The notes: generated from the letters alone by a model not told the origin. A stretch of DNA of 64,000 nt from an uncultured SAR86 cluster bacterium (GCA_902547295.1 CACCNJ010000006.1:2678-66677); one strand, 5' to 3'. Counted from the stretch's first letter, positions 9,799 to 19,269 are shown. Made by a program: numbers and translations.

Positions 9799-9826
9799 AT
9801 ATTACTCTTACTAGATCAGATGTCAA
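9799..9826 (-). promoter_or_regulatory. sigma70-type promoter for the GC-rich RNA element
   Basis: Minus strand has TTGACA (9821-9826), a 16-nt spacer, then TAATAT (9799-9804). Confidence 0.55.
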
Positions 9827-9865
9827 CACTTTTTTTTAAATAAATTTAATTTTTTTTAGTCTAAG

Positions 9866-9893
9866 AAAATAAAAAAGGGAGTTAAAAACTCCC
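9866..9893 (-). terminator. intrinsic terminator of the 9915-10667 gene
   Basis: Minus strand has GGGAG-N7-CUCCC followed by a U-rich run. Confidence 0.6.
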
Positions 9894-9914
9894 TTAAATT
9901 AATGAAGCAATATT

Positions 9915-10667
9915 TTAATTCTTGACGGGCACTATACTGTAAGATCGTTCGTTTTCACAAACACCACCAAGTTCTTCGAGAGCTTTAAGCTCCGGCATCT
10001 CTCCTGCTTGATCTGACCAAAAATTTGTCCAATTTTTACCGTAATCAGCTATTGTTGATGTTGTGACTAATTGCACATAGTCATAATCCCAGTTAGAGCT
10101 TGTTCCTGCTCCTGGAAAAATCATTTTTCTTCCAGCTACATCACCAAGTTCTTTTGCTGCTTTTGCATATGCATAATATGCGTTATATACATCTTCTGAG
10201 GTAACTCCTTCTCCCAATTTGCAGTCACTATAAACTGCATAGCTAGCTTGACCATCTGGAGTTTCTGAAACTGTTCTTTGCCATGTAAAAATTGCTTGAT
10301 TTCCAGACTCAAGAATTGTATTAAGTTCTGCTTGAAGTTTCTGACCATTATTAATCCAATAATCATTGCCGCCATAATGTGCTTCAGGATTTGGACTTAT
10401 GCCAACCCAAACAAAATCATGAGGCAATTCGCCAGAATGATAATATGGAACCAACATTGCAGATCTATAATCTTTAAGTGCTTCACTTTCTTCAGCCCAT
10501 TTAGTCCACTTTGCGGCCCATTTCATCATATCATCCATATCCTTACCTTCTTTAAAAGAACTAACATAGTACTCAGCTACATTTGGCTCATAACCTGATG
10601 ATTCAACATGATCATCGGCTATAACTACAAAACTGAAGAGCAAAGATATACTTAAAAGTAATTTCAT
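9915..10667 (-). CDS. secreted protein of unknown function, tandem ~100-aa repeat (paralog family member 1)
   Basis: Signal peptide MKLLLSISLLFSFVVIADD. Shares motifs with the 11770 and 25638 ORFs, for example YAYAKAAKELGDVAG versus AAYAKAYSKVTKAQEEAGNVAG. Confidence 0.6.
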   Translation of the reverse strand: MKLLLSISLLFSFVVIADDHVESSGYEPNVAEYYVSSFKEGKDMDDMMKWAAKWTKWAEESEALKDYRSAMLVPYYHSGELPHDFVWVGISPNPEAHYGGNDYWINNGQKLQAELNTILESGNQAIFTWQRTVSETPDGQASYAVYSDCKLGEGVTSEDVYNAYYAYAKAAKELGDVAGRKMIFPGAGTSSNWDYDYVQLVTTSTIADYGKNWTNFWSDQAGEMPELKALEELGGVCENERSYSIVPVKN

Positions 10668-10749
10668 AATTATCTCCCTATTATTTAAATACTTCTAATA
10701 TATCATCAAGATTTAACTTTTTAATTAAAATTATGTATTTTTTTTGTAA

Positions 10750-11697
10750 CTATTCTAGCAAACCATAAATGTTATATTTAGAAACAAAATCCCAAATCTC
10801 AGAAGATGCATTAACATTGTATGATTGCGTTGTTGGCCAATCGTGTCCCATTTCTGGATGAAGAATTAATTTAACATTTACATTATTTATACATTTTATA
10901 TATGTTTCATATGAAACTAATGAATAATTATCATATTTAATAATTGTATCTGGATCATCACCACAAGAGTTATAGTTCACCCAATAATCAATTACATCAG
11001 GAATACTTTTTGATCCTGCATTTCCATCATATGGAACAACAAAGTCTAACAATCCATGAATTTGTAAGATAGGTGTTGGATGCATTGGATTACAATCATC
11101 ATAAGTACCATTTGTCATTGATCCAGTTACTGATGCTATAGCTGCAAATTTACTACTAAGATTACAAGCTAAATGATATCCCATATATCCTCCATTAGAC
11201 ATTCCAGATGAATATATTCTTGTCTCATCTATTTCAATTTTATCTTCAACCAAACGAATAATTGTATCTACGAAATCGAGGTCATCAATTGTGCTTTTAG
11301 ATGTCCAACCACCTACATTCCAGTGCGAAGACAATGAAGCAGTTGTTGCCCCTTGAGGATAAACAACTATAAAATTCTCAGAATCTGCTAATAAAAAATA
11401 ATTCGTGTAACTTAAATGTCTCATTGCTGAAGAGCCATAACCATGAAAAGCAAATAAAACTGGAATACTCTCGTTTGTATTTAGATTATTTGGAATGTAG
11501 ATATAGTAAAATCTATCTAAGTTATCATGCTTTAGATCACATCTCTTCATCCCAGATCTGCTTGTATCAATACATGTTTCATTAAAAGAATTATTGTCTG
11601 TTTCAAGAGATATACTTACATCTTCCGATCCTGAGGAGCCACCGCCTCCACATGATGACAATATTAAAATTAACAAAGCTAATTGATAAGTTTTCAC
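10750..11697 (-). CDS. lipoprotein esterase (PHB-depolymerase/feruloyl-esterase-like, COG3509-type)
   Basis: Lipobox LSSC followed by GGGG. FAFHGYGSS oxyanion region, GMSNGGYM nucleophile elbow and an HPEMGHDWP motif. Confidence 0.7.
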   Translation of the reverse strand: MKTYQLALLILILSSCGGGGSSGSEDVSISLETDNNSFNETCIDTSRSGMKRCDLKHDNLDRFYYIYIPNNLNTNESIPVLFAFHGYGSSAMRHLSYTNYFLLADSENFIVVYPQGATTASLSSHWNVGGWTSKSTIDDLDFVDTIIRLVEDKIEIDETRIYSSGMSNGGYMGYHLACNLSSKFAAIASVTGSMTNGTYDDCNPMHPTPILQIHGLLDFVVPYDGNAGSKSIPDVIDYWVNYNSCGDDPDTIIKYDNYSLVSYETYIKCINNVNVKLILHPEMGHDWPTTQSYNVNASSEIWDFVSKYNIYGLLE

Positions 11698-11723
11698 ATC
11701 TACATATTAAAGCAGTAAATTTA

Positions 11724-11750
11724 ATAAAAAAAGGGAGCATAATACTCCCT
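11724..11750 (-). terminator. intrinsic terminator of the 11770-12477 gene
   Basis: AGGGAG-N7-CUCCCU followed by a U run on the minus strand. Design is nearly identical to the terminator at 9866-9893. Confidence 0.6.
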
Positions 11751-11769
11751 CAAAAAAGATAATTTAATC

Positions 11770-12477
11770 TCAGTTCGAGTTATAGACTTTGACAGTTTGA
11801 ATTATTGAAATATTTCTAATTTCTCTATTACCATCAACCTCTTTTGAGAACTCAGCAAATGAATCGCTTGAATATAATGTTTCAGCAGATTGCATTGCTT
11901 CTGTCATACTTCCTGCGCCAGTAAATGCATAATGAGTGTAATAATTAACACTACCACCCATTTGTGCTCTTAAGCCATAACTTCCAGCAACATTTCCAGC
12001 CTCTTCTTGAGCTTTAGTTACTTTGGAATATGCCTTAGCATAAGCAGCAGCATCATCAACTTTCATTCTATAAACAGTATAAACCTGATTATTTTCTGGT
12101 TCATAATTTCCACCGCTTATGAGCTTCATGTTTAAAGATTGCTCAACAGGCTCAAGTAAACTCGCTGTTTGTGCTAAATGAGCCTGAAATATTGGATCAG
12201 AAAATGATTCTGTTCCTTTACCAAGACTTTCAGTATCCTCATAGTTTAAAACAACCATATGAGTAGCATCATCATAACCATTGAAAACATATTGATGTAA
12301 ATTTACGACTGCTGGAAATGATTTGCCCCAATCAGAATCCATTAATTCATCTAAAGCCTTAACATACTCTGATGGATTTGAAACAGTAAAAGAATAAGTC
12401 GCTATATACCCAGCAGCGAACACTGACTGTGTACTAACAAAAAATAAAGCTAAAAAACTATAAATAAATTTTTTCAT
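11770..12477 (-). CDS. secreted protein of unknown function, tandem repeat (paralog family member 2)
   Basis: Signal peptide ending VFA-AG. Contains two internally similar ~100-aa modules. Confidence 0.6.
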   Translation of the reverse strand: MKKFIYSFLALFFVSTQSVFAAGYIATYSFTVSNPSEYVKALDELMDSDWGKSFPAVVNLHQYVFNGYDDATHMVVLNYEDTESLGKGTESFSDPIFQAHLAQTASLLEPVEQSLNMKLISGGNYEPENNQVYTVYRMKVDDAAAYAKAYSKVTKAQEEAGNVAGSYGLRAQMGGSVNYYTHYAFTGAGSMTEAMQSAETLYSSDSFAEFSKEVDGNREIRNISIIQTVKVYNSN

Positions 12478-12560
12478 AAATTTCTCCTATTAATGATATT
12501 AATATAGCAAAGTTTTTCAGAAGAAATTTAATAATTATGTATATTTTTTAATTATAAAAA

Positions 12561-12636
12561 TGGTGCGGTACGCCGGTCTCGAACCGGCGGCCTTCTGCTT
12601 GGCAAGCAGACGCTCTACCAACTGAGCTAGTACCGC
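12561..12636 (-). tRNA. tRNA-Gly (anticodon GCC)
   Basis: The reverse complement folds as GCGGTAC/GTACCGC acceptor stem, anticodon loop UUGCCAA, T-loop TTCGAGA and an encoded CCA. Length 76 nt. Confidence 0.95.
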
Positions 12637-12647
12637 ATTGGAGGGTT

Positions 12648-12676
12648 AATATACTCTTTTAAATGACTGCTTTCAA
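12648..12676 (-). promoter_or_regulatory. sigma70-type promoter for tRNA-Gly
   Basis: Minus strand has TTGAAA, a 17-nt spacer and TATATT, ending about 11 nt before the tRNA 5' end. Confidence 0.5.
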
Positions 12677-12693
12677 CAGGTTAAATTTAGATG

Positions 12694-13164
12694 TTACTGA
12701 ATTGATATTTCTTGTATATCCTTTAACTTTCCGTTGAGATCTCTCTTAGAAATAATGAAAGATGTTGGTTCGATATGAAGAGGAATAGCTACTTCTATTT
12801 TAGCTGAAGAGACTGGCCCACCCATATATTCTCTATCCTCATAGCCAATGTGTTGATAATTGGCATAAAAAGGATTACCAATACCCAATGTATAGATAAA
12901 TTTATTCTCTTTACCAAAAACTTTTATCGCATAGGCGTCTTCATCAGTTAAAAACTTAATCTTCTTAAGGGTCCTTTCTTTTGGCTTATCTATTGTAATT
13001 TTATCTATTGAAAAACTTTCTGGGGATCCATCAAAAATAATAATGTAAGAATCGTTGAAAGGATTAGCATGAATCTTATTTAACTGCTTAATACCTATTT
13101 CTTCATTAGAATAAATTATTAGAGGTATTGCGAAAATTAATGCAAGTAAAACTTTAATATTCAT
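12694..13164 (-). CDS. small secreted protein of unknown function, translationally coupled to the M64-like lipoprotein gene
   Basis: The MNIKVLLALIFAIPLIIYS signal begins 2 nt after the upstream TAA. The ORF-track start at 13182 would overlap the upstream gene. Confidence 0.55.
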   Translation of the reverse strand: MNIKVLLALIFAIPLIIYSNEEIGIKQLNKIHANPFNDSYIIIFDGSPESFSIDKITIDKPKERTLKKIKFLTDEDAYAIKVFGKENKFIYTLGIGNPFYANYQHIGYEDREYMGGPVSSAKIEVAIPLHIEPTSFIISKRDLNGKLKDIQEISIQ

Positions 13165-13166
13165 AG

Positions 13167-15212
13167 TTACCATCTCGCCCAATTAATGCCCCAGGTACCT
13201 CCCATTGGGCCATTAATATAACCATAATCATATTGAGTTCTATCGGTAGGATTGTAGCCCCATTGCTCAGTCTCGTAATCATACCAATAGAAGTCAGAGT
13301 TGAATAAACCTTCATAAAAATCTTCAATATCAGTTACATCATCTGGAGCCGTTACAGTTCCTGTTAAATCATCCACCCTCCATGTATAAACTTTTACAGA
13401 ATTATCAGATGGCCTATTAAATGTAACTTGAGTTTTATTTTCTAAAGATGGGTCTTCAACACCATCTACGAACCATTTTAACCTTAGTTTAGAAGTGTCA
13501 TATTCAACATCTATATCAATGTCAAATCCAGATCTTATTCCATTTGTATCTTCTGTGAATCCTACATCATCACCATACACAAAACCTTGATTATGAATTG
13601 AACCTATAGCAAAACCCTCAACATTAACCTCTCCATACTGATCAGTATTAACTTCCATAATTGTTAAAAATTTAGGCCTAAAGTTATCATATTCACCATA
13701 GTAATTTCCTTCAAAAAGACCGACTTGATTACATTCAGGATTTCTTCCTGTTCTGTTTCCATTGGCGTCATAAACGTTGTATAGACAATCGCAAGTCTCA
13801 GGATCTGTTTCATCCTCATAAAGTCCTAAGGAACCATCTGACCAGTTGTAACAAACTTTAAAATTTTTTCCAGCAACATTTGTTAAATCATTAATATGAT
13901 GTCTCCACTTAACCAAAGAAGGATCAGATTGAGTGGTGGTGTTAACATTTCTATCTGCCCAAAAACTAACATCCCTATCATCGTCAGTTATATATTCATC
14001 TCCCATCTCACCATGAGCATGTCCTAGTTCATGCATTAAAACATAATCAGTTCTGGAACTGATTGGTTGAATGTTTGTATTTCCAAGATTAACACCTCTT
14101 CCATCTATGGTTGTCAAAACAGAAACTAAATCATTATCTTCAAAAAGATCATCAAAAACAGACATATTAATGTCACTGGAACCAATACAATAAACATCTT
14201 CATCCCAGTCATAACATCCTGTTTCAATTGAAGCTAAAGAAGTTCCATCAGGAGTTACAGGTTCTGCAACTATAATATCAAAATACCCTGCAAAAAATTC
14301 AGATACATCTGAATCATTCAAAGCATTTATTGAGTTCAATAATGCATCCCTAAAACTTTGTAAGTCAGATACAGAACCATCATTAGAATCTTCATCAAGC
14401 GAATCTGCAACAAATAAATAGTCTGTTCTTCCAAAAGTTGAGCCACCTCCAATAAGATAATATAAATAATAATCTTTGTTAGTAGTCGAGCCTGAATCAA
14501 AACCATCACTTTTATCATCATCCATTGCTACGGTAACTATCTTCTTATCTGCAATAAACCATGTGTTAAAAAAATCTGATGAAGAGTCAACTCCATCAGA
14601 AATTATAATTTCTGCTCGAAAAAATCCCGCACTTTGAAGAGAAGATAAGTCTAGAGTGATTTCTGCAGAACCAGCTTCTGTAGATATAGATGAAGTTGGT
14701 ACGTTGATATCATTAACTGTTGCTGAAAATGTTAAATCTGCTTCTTCATTATCAACATCTGAAAAATTAACTGTAAATTTTGGATTTGATTCAAATATTA
14801 AATGATTTTTATCTAGATCGGTCTTTGAAGACATTATGATTTCTGGAGAATCATTAACAGCATTAACGGTAATTGTTACAGTAGAACTTCTTGTAATATT
14901 TTTTTCAACTGCTGTAACTGAATATGTAAAATTATCAATACCGTTAAAATTTAAACTAGGTGTATAAGTAATTTCAGCATTTTCTGAAAAGACTAAAGCG
15001 CCATTTGATGGAGAGCTAGTTAGAGAATATTGAAGAGTAACAACTTCATTTGCACTTGCAGCCATTGATCCAGAATATGATGTATCTTCATTAGTTAAAA
15101 AAGAATTTTGTGCAAGCGTTAAGGCAAATGGTACTTTTGTTCCTCCGCCGCCACCTCCGCCACCACAGGAAGCAATAAAGACTAATAAAATAAAATATTT
15201 TAAGAAATGCAT
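13167..15212 (-). CDS. outer-membrane lipoprotein: cadherin/Ig-like repeat(s) plus M64-like zinc metallopeptidase domain
   Basis: Lipobox IASC followed by eight Gly. Cadherin-like repeat ending ITVNAVNDSPE. Zincin motif MHELGHAHGEMGDEY (HExxH...DEY, as in the IgA-peptidase M64 family). Confidence 0.7.
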   Translation of the reverse strand: MHFLKYFILLVFIASCGGGGGGGGTKVPFALTLAQNSFLTNEDTSYSGSMAASANEVVTLQYSLTSSPSNGALVFSENAEITYTPSLNFNGIDNFTYSVTAVEKNITRSSTVTITVNAVNDSPEIIMSSKTDLDKNHLIFESNPKFTVNFSDVDNEEADLTFSATVNDINVPTSSISTEAGSAEITLDLSSLQSAGFFRAEIIISDGVDSSSDFFNTWFIADKKIVTVAMDDDKSDGFDSGSTTNKDYYLYYLIGGGSTFGRTDYLFVADSLDEDSNDGSVSDLQSFRDALLNSINALNDSDVSEFFAGYFDIIVAEPVTPDGTSLASIETGCYDWDEDVYCIGSSDINMSVFDDLFEDNDLVSVLTTIDGRGVNLGNTNIQPISSRTDYVLMHELGHAHGEMGDEYITDDDRDVSFWADRNVNTTTQSDPSLVKWRHHINDLTNVAGKNFKVCYNWSDGSLGLYEDETDPETCDCLYNVYDANGNRTGRNPECNQVGLFEGNYYGEYDNFRPKFLTIMEVNTDQYGEVNVEGFAIGSIHNQGFVYGDDVGFTEDTNGIRSGFDIDIDVEYDTSKLRLKWFVDGVEDPSLENKTQVTFNRPSDNSVKVYTWRVDDLTGTVTAPDDVTDIEDFYEGLFNSDFYWYDYETEQWGYNPTDRTQYDYGYINGPMGGTWGINWARW

Positions 15213-15226
15213 AGTTAATTATATAT

Positions 15227-15254
15227 AAAAAAAGAGGGCCAAAGCCCTCTTTTT
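15227..15254 (-). terminator. intrinsic (bidirectional-looking) terminator after the TonB-dependent receptor gene
   Basis: GAGGGC-caaa-GCCCTC hairpin flanked by A7 and T5 runs. Confidence 0.65.
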
Positions 15255-15272
15255 ATTATATTTTGAGTGTTT

Positions 15273-18230
15273 TTAAAACTTATATCTAAAACCTAGCCTA
15301 TGAATTGGTCCATGATCTTGAGATAAAAATAACATCTCTTGGTATCGAGCATACAATCTCGTAGGTTCATCATTTAAGTTTTGAACTTCAAAGAACACAA
15401 CTGCATCCTCATTTATGTTATAAGCCATAGAAAGATCCCATTGTTTTCTTTCTTCAACATATAGCGGTTGATCATAGTTACCAAAACCAGCAACTGTTTC
15501 ACCTCTAGTATTTAAAGCAATTCTTGCTGTAACTTTTGAATCTTCGTAAAAGAGTGAAAAGTTACTTGAATCACCCAAACCGGGCAATATAAATTGACGA
15601 CTTAATTCGTTTCTATCTATATCGACGTCACCACCTGAAACAAATGTTGCATTAATTTGAGTACCAAACCCAGTATCACCAAATAAGTGTTGAAGAACAA
15701 CTTCAAAACCGTCAACAGAACCAGATTCAAGATTTAATGGTCTTGTGATTTCAAATATTGCCAAAGGGTCTGAACTTGTTCCATCTAAATATCCAGGTTC
15801 GCATCTCCACCAACCATCATAATCACATTGTCCCCAAGGGAAACCATTTGTTACATCCACACCTCTAGACATTGCAACTGCGACCCAACCCATATGCTGA
15901 TATAAATTCATCCAAGATTGAGACCATAAAGCCTGTTGTGATACACAATCACCAGACCCCCATTCGCCTGGGAATCCAGGATCAGGTCTTCCAGCTGCAT
16001 CCCATGCTTGCACACATGCTTGTGCATATGCTCCAATTTCACCATTTGCAGGATTCGTTAAAGTATCAATTGTGCCGGTTGAGACATCCGAACTTATAAA
16101 ATTATCAATATCTTTTTTAAAGTAATTTAAAGAAAAGTAACTACCTTCGTCATAATAATATTCATATGCAAGATCGATATTTTCTGATTCAAGAGGCTCA
16201 AGACCTGGGTTACCACCTGAAGCTGTTGGAATTAAATAATCTCTATTCCCAAATTGAAATGAGCTTCTTAAATCTTGTAAAGAAGGTCTTCCCATTGATT
16301 TTCCGTAACTAAATCTTAAAACTTGATCATCAGATAATTCATAAGCCATTGCCAATTGAGGTAAAACAATATCATTAGAACCTGATCTAGCAGCAGCAAC
16401 TTCACCACCATTAGGGTAAATAAGACCATTAATCATATCCCACCTAATAACAGAAGGTGTTGCCTCAAGAGCTGTTGAAGTTGTTTCCGATTCCTCATAT
16501 CTAACTCCAGCAACCACATTAAGCGGCCTATCATTAAAGATAAATTCCATGTTAACCTGAACAAAAACTGCATCTAGCGTTTCCTCAACTTTATCATTAA
16601 CATCAATTGGTCCCGCTGTTATTGCTCCAAAATTTGAAATCCATTCATCGATGGCAACATTTTTATTTATGTCAAAATAGTATGAAGTTAATAAGTCGAC
16701 ATCAAATCCACTCATAAATCCTGCTAAATGAGTTTCAGTAAAAATTGATGAGCTAGCAGCTGTATTTGGAGTGGCATTATTAATCTCTTCATTTCTGATA
16801 TCATTAAATTCAGAATCAGCTCTGGAAATCCCAAATTCAACTGATTTAATAGCGTCACTTATCTTTCCATCTAAGTTTTCCCATTTTCCTTTTAGCTGCA
16901 TTTGTTCCATTTGATTTTCTTTAAATGCGTCTCTGTAATAAAGAGAACCATACATAAAATCATCAGCATCAAATTTAGTATCATATGCAAAGGTATTTAT
17001 ACCTGAAGTGCCTCCATTGTAATGACTAATAGTTGCAGTTGCTGGTGTAGCAAACCCCATTTCATTTGGAAGTTCTGTACCTGTTTTCTCTGCAGATGAA
17101 TCATGAAAATCAAACACAAATGATAATGTATCTGAATAATTCCAATCTAGATTAAAACCTACAGAAGCGTTCTCATTCTCTGTATCTCCCCATATTAGTT
17201 GATGATCATAACCTCTATCTCCAACTACAACATCAGTATAAACACCATTTTTATTAATAGTAGCTTGGGTAGTTGTCCATCCACCCAGCCAAGATCCAAA
17301 CATCTGACCAACTGAACTAAACTCAACTTTTGAGTATGTATAATCAACTGTTGCAATTAAGTTATCTGAAAAAGCATACTGCATTGTTAACTGAGCATTA
17401 GTTCTTTCTCTATCATTTTCTTTTATTTGATATGCAGAAGGTTCTTGATAAAAAGTCTTTCCGTCAGCGCGTTGATTATTGTTTGTTACTCCAGCAGCAG
17501 TTTTGTCAACCCTGGAATATCCTTCGATTGCAGCTAGATCCTCGACAGTAATCCAGTTTGATTCTCTTGTACCCTCTTCAACATTATTTCTATCTTGAAA
17601 AGATCCAGATATTGCAAAACCAAAATTACCAAAATTAGAACTATGAACAAAATTAAATTCTGGTTTTAAACCATCACTACTTGTTGAATCATCTAAAACA
17701 TCAACAGAAAATGAATTTAACGAACCGTTAATTGATAATGGTTTTGTTGTAACCATATTTATTGTTGATCCAATTCCACCAGAAGGTAATGAGCTATTTG
17801 TGGACTTATAAACTTCAACAGCTGAAATACCATGAGAGGAAATGTCTCCAAAATTAAAGGATCTTCCACCACCCCATTGACCAGGAACAGTTGGCATCTG
17901 GCGACCATTTAGAGTAACTAAGTTTAGTTCAGGGCCAAAACCTCTTACAGCAACTCTCTCACCCTCGACATTACTTCTATCAATACCAATACCAACAACT
18001 CTTGCTAGCGATTCAGCTAAATTATTGTCAGGAAATTTACCAAAATCTTCAGCAGTAATGGCATCAACGACACCAACATTGCTTCTTTTTATGTCAATAG
18101 CACTAATTAAGCTCTTCTTAATTCCAGTAACAACAACTTCTTCTATTTCATCCTCACCTTCGTTGTCTTGAGCAACAACAAAAATAGATAAAGGAAGCAT
18201 TAATATTAATGATAGTAAATACTTTTTCAC
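15273..18230 (-). CDS. TonB-dependent outer-membrane receptor
   Basis: Signal peptide. Plug-domain motifs EEVVVTGIK, DAITAEDFGKFPDNNLAESLARVVG and VRGFGPE. C-terminal ...GFRYKF. I prefer the GTG at 18230, which is preceded by GGGGG, over the ATG at 18266. Confidence 0.9.
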   Translation of the reverse strand: MKKYLLSLILMLPLSIFVVAQDNEGEDEIEEVVVTGIKKSLISAIDIKRSNVGVVDAITAEDFGKFPDNNLAESLARVVGIGIDRSNVEGERVAVRGFGPELNLVTLNGRQMPTVPGQWGGGRSFNFGDISSHGISAVEVYKSTNSSLPSGGIGSTINMVTTKPLSINGSLNSFSVDVLDDSTSSDGLKPEFNFVHSSNFGNFGFAISGSFQDRNNVEEGTRESNWITVEDLAAIEGYSRVDKTAAGVTNNNQRADGKTFYQEPSAYQIKENDRERTNAQLTMQYAFSDNLIATVDYTYSKVEFSSVGQMFGSWLGGWTTTQATINKNGVYTDVVVGDRGYDHQLIWGDTENENASVGFNLDWNYSDTLSFVFDFHDSSAEKTGTELPNEMGFATPATATISHYNGGTSGINTFAYDTKFDADDFMYGSLYYRDAFKENQMEQMQLKGKWENLDGKISDAIKSVEFGISRADSEFNDIRNEEINNATPNTAASSSIFTETHLAGFMSGFDVDLLTSYYFDINKNVAIDEWISNFGAITAGPIDVNDKVEETLDAVFVQVNMEFIFNDRPLNVVAGVRYEESETTSTALEATPSVIRWDMINGLIYPNGGEVAAARSGSNDIVLPQLAMAYELSDDQVLRFSYGKSMGRPSLQDLRSSFQFGNRDYLIPTASGGNPGLEPLESENIDLAYEYYYDEGSYFSLNYFKKDIDNFISSDVSTGTIDTLTNPANGEIGAYAQACVQAWDAAGRPDPGFPGEWGSGDCVSQQALWSQSWMNLYQHMGWVAVAMSRGVDVTNGFPWGQCDYDGWWRCEPGYLDGTSSDPLAIFEITRPLNLESGSVDGFEVVLQHLFGDTGFGTQINATFVSGGDVDIDRNELSRQFILPGLGDSSNFSLFYEDSKVTARIALNTRGETVAGFGNYDQPLYVEERKQWDLSMAYNINEDAVVFFEVQNLNDEPTRLYARYQEMLFLSQDHGPIHRLGFRYKF

Positions 18231-18264
18231 GATTACCCCCCTAGGCATGCATTTGTGTAAACTC

Positions 18265-18293
18265 ATTAAACGAATTTGAGTCTTCTATGTCAA
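18265..18293 (-). promoter_or_regulatory. sigma70-type promoter for the TonB-dependent receptor
   Basis: Minus strand has TTGACA (18288-18293), a 17-nt spacer, then TTTAAT (18265-18270). Confidence 0.45.
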
Positions 18294-18345
18294 TATAAAA
18301 GTAATATAAATTAAATATATTTTTATACACTTGGTTAGAAAATTT

Positions 18346-19269
18346 TTAGGATTCTAAAAATTTAAGAGTTTCCTCACCAAATTCTGACCACCACTCCATT
18401 CCCATAAGATGTATCTTTTCTAGATTTTTCTCAGAATCGTCATCTAAAAATCTATTCACTGGTCCTAATGGAGAGTTTATTCTCAAGTAATTATCTTCAA
18501 AAAAATTGTTAGATATTTGATTATGTATTTCTGAATCTAGAATCATTCCTACGATGTCATTTCTTAACCATCCTACTCCTCCCCAATTTGATGATTTTTC
18601 ACCGTCAATCTTTATTTTATTTTGACCAGAGCCTATGCTTAAAACTTTTATATTATTTGTTTCCAAAATTTTTTTAGAGTATGCGTAACCAATCAAAGTG
18701 GGATTATTGGAAATAATACTTCCATCAATCATCCATGACTTATCTTGCATTTGATATGAGGGAAAATACATTGGAGCTGCACTTGAAGCTGCAATAGCAT
18801 CTTTAAATGTTATTTCTGGTGTGTTAATTGTGTCAAAAATTGTATGAGATCTATCTTCTATGTTATATGCATAACAAAGGAAAGGTTTATTTGATTGCTG
18901 TAAAGTATTTGATTTAAAGATTTCATCTAAAAGTTTAAGCCTGCCATCACTTTCGTATCTTGGCCTTGCTTGTATTAATGATGCTTTATCCCAAAAAAAA
19001 GAGCTTCTCATAATTTGATCTAAATAACTTTTGGACCAATATCTTTTAATCTTATCAGCCGAAAATCCTGCGTATGCAAAACAGGCAGCATTAAAAGCAC
19101 CGGCACTTGTTCCGACGAACATATCAAAAATATCAGAAACTTTTTTTCCACTTTCAGCTTCAAGTTTTTTTAAAAAAACCAAAGCAGCTATAGTTCGAAC
19201 ACCTCCTCCGTCAAAGCATATAATTTTTTTATGAGAAAATTTTGATAGGAAACTGAAAAAATTTTTCAT
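18346..19269 (-). CDS. patatin-like phospholipase
   Basis: CFDGGGVRT oxyanion motif, GTSAGA (GxSxG) and a DGS catalytic Asp motif. Confidence 0.85.
   Translation of the reverse strand: MKNFFSFLSKFSHKKIICFDGGGVRTIAALVFLKKLEAESGKKVSDIFDMFVGTSAGAFNAACFAYAGFSADKIKRYWSKSYLDQIMRSSFFWDKASLIQARPRYESDGRLKLLDEIFKSNTLQQSNKPFLCYAYNIEDRSHTIFDTINTPEITFKDAIAASSAAPMYFPSYQMQDKSWMIDGSIISNNPTLIGYAYSKKILETNNIKVLSIGSGQNKIKIDGEKSSNWGGVGWLRNDIVGMILDSEIHNQISNNFFEDNYLRINSPLGPVNRFLDDDSEKNLEKIHLMGMEWWSEFGEETLKFLES

Noticed and set aside
15141-15170. GGN-repeat DNA encoding the poly-Gly tethers (also at 37051-37074), considered as a microsatellite or phase-variation tract or as CRISPR-like repeats.
   Set aside because: The codons alternate between GGT, GGC and GGA, so there is no perfect tandem unit for slippage. 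There is only one copy per gene and no spacer/repeat architecture.
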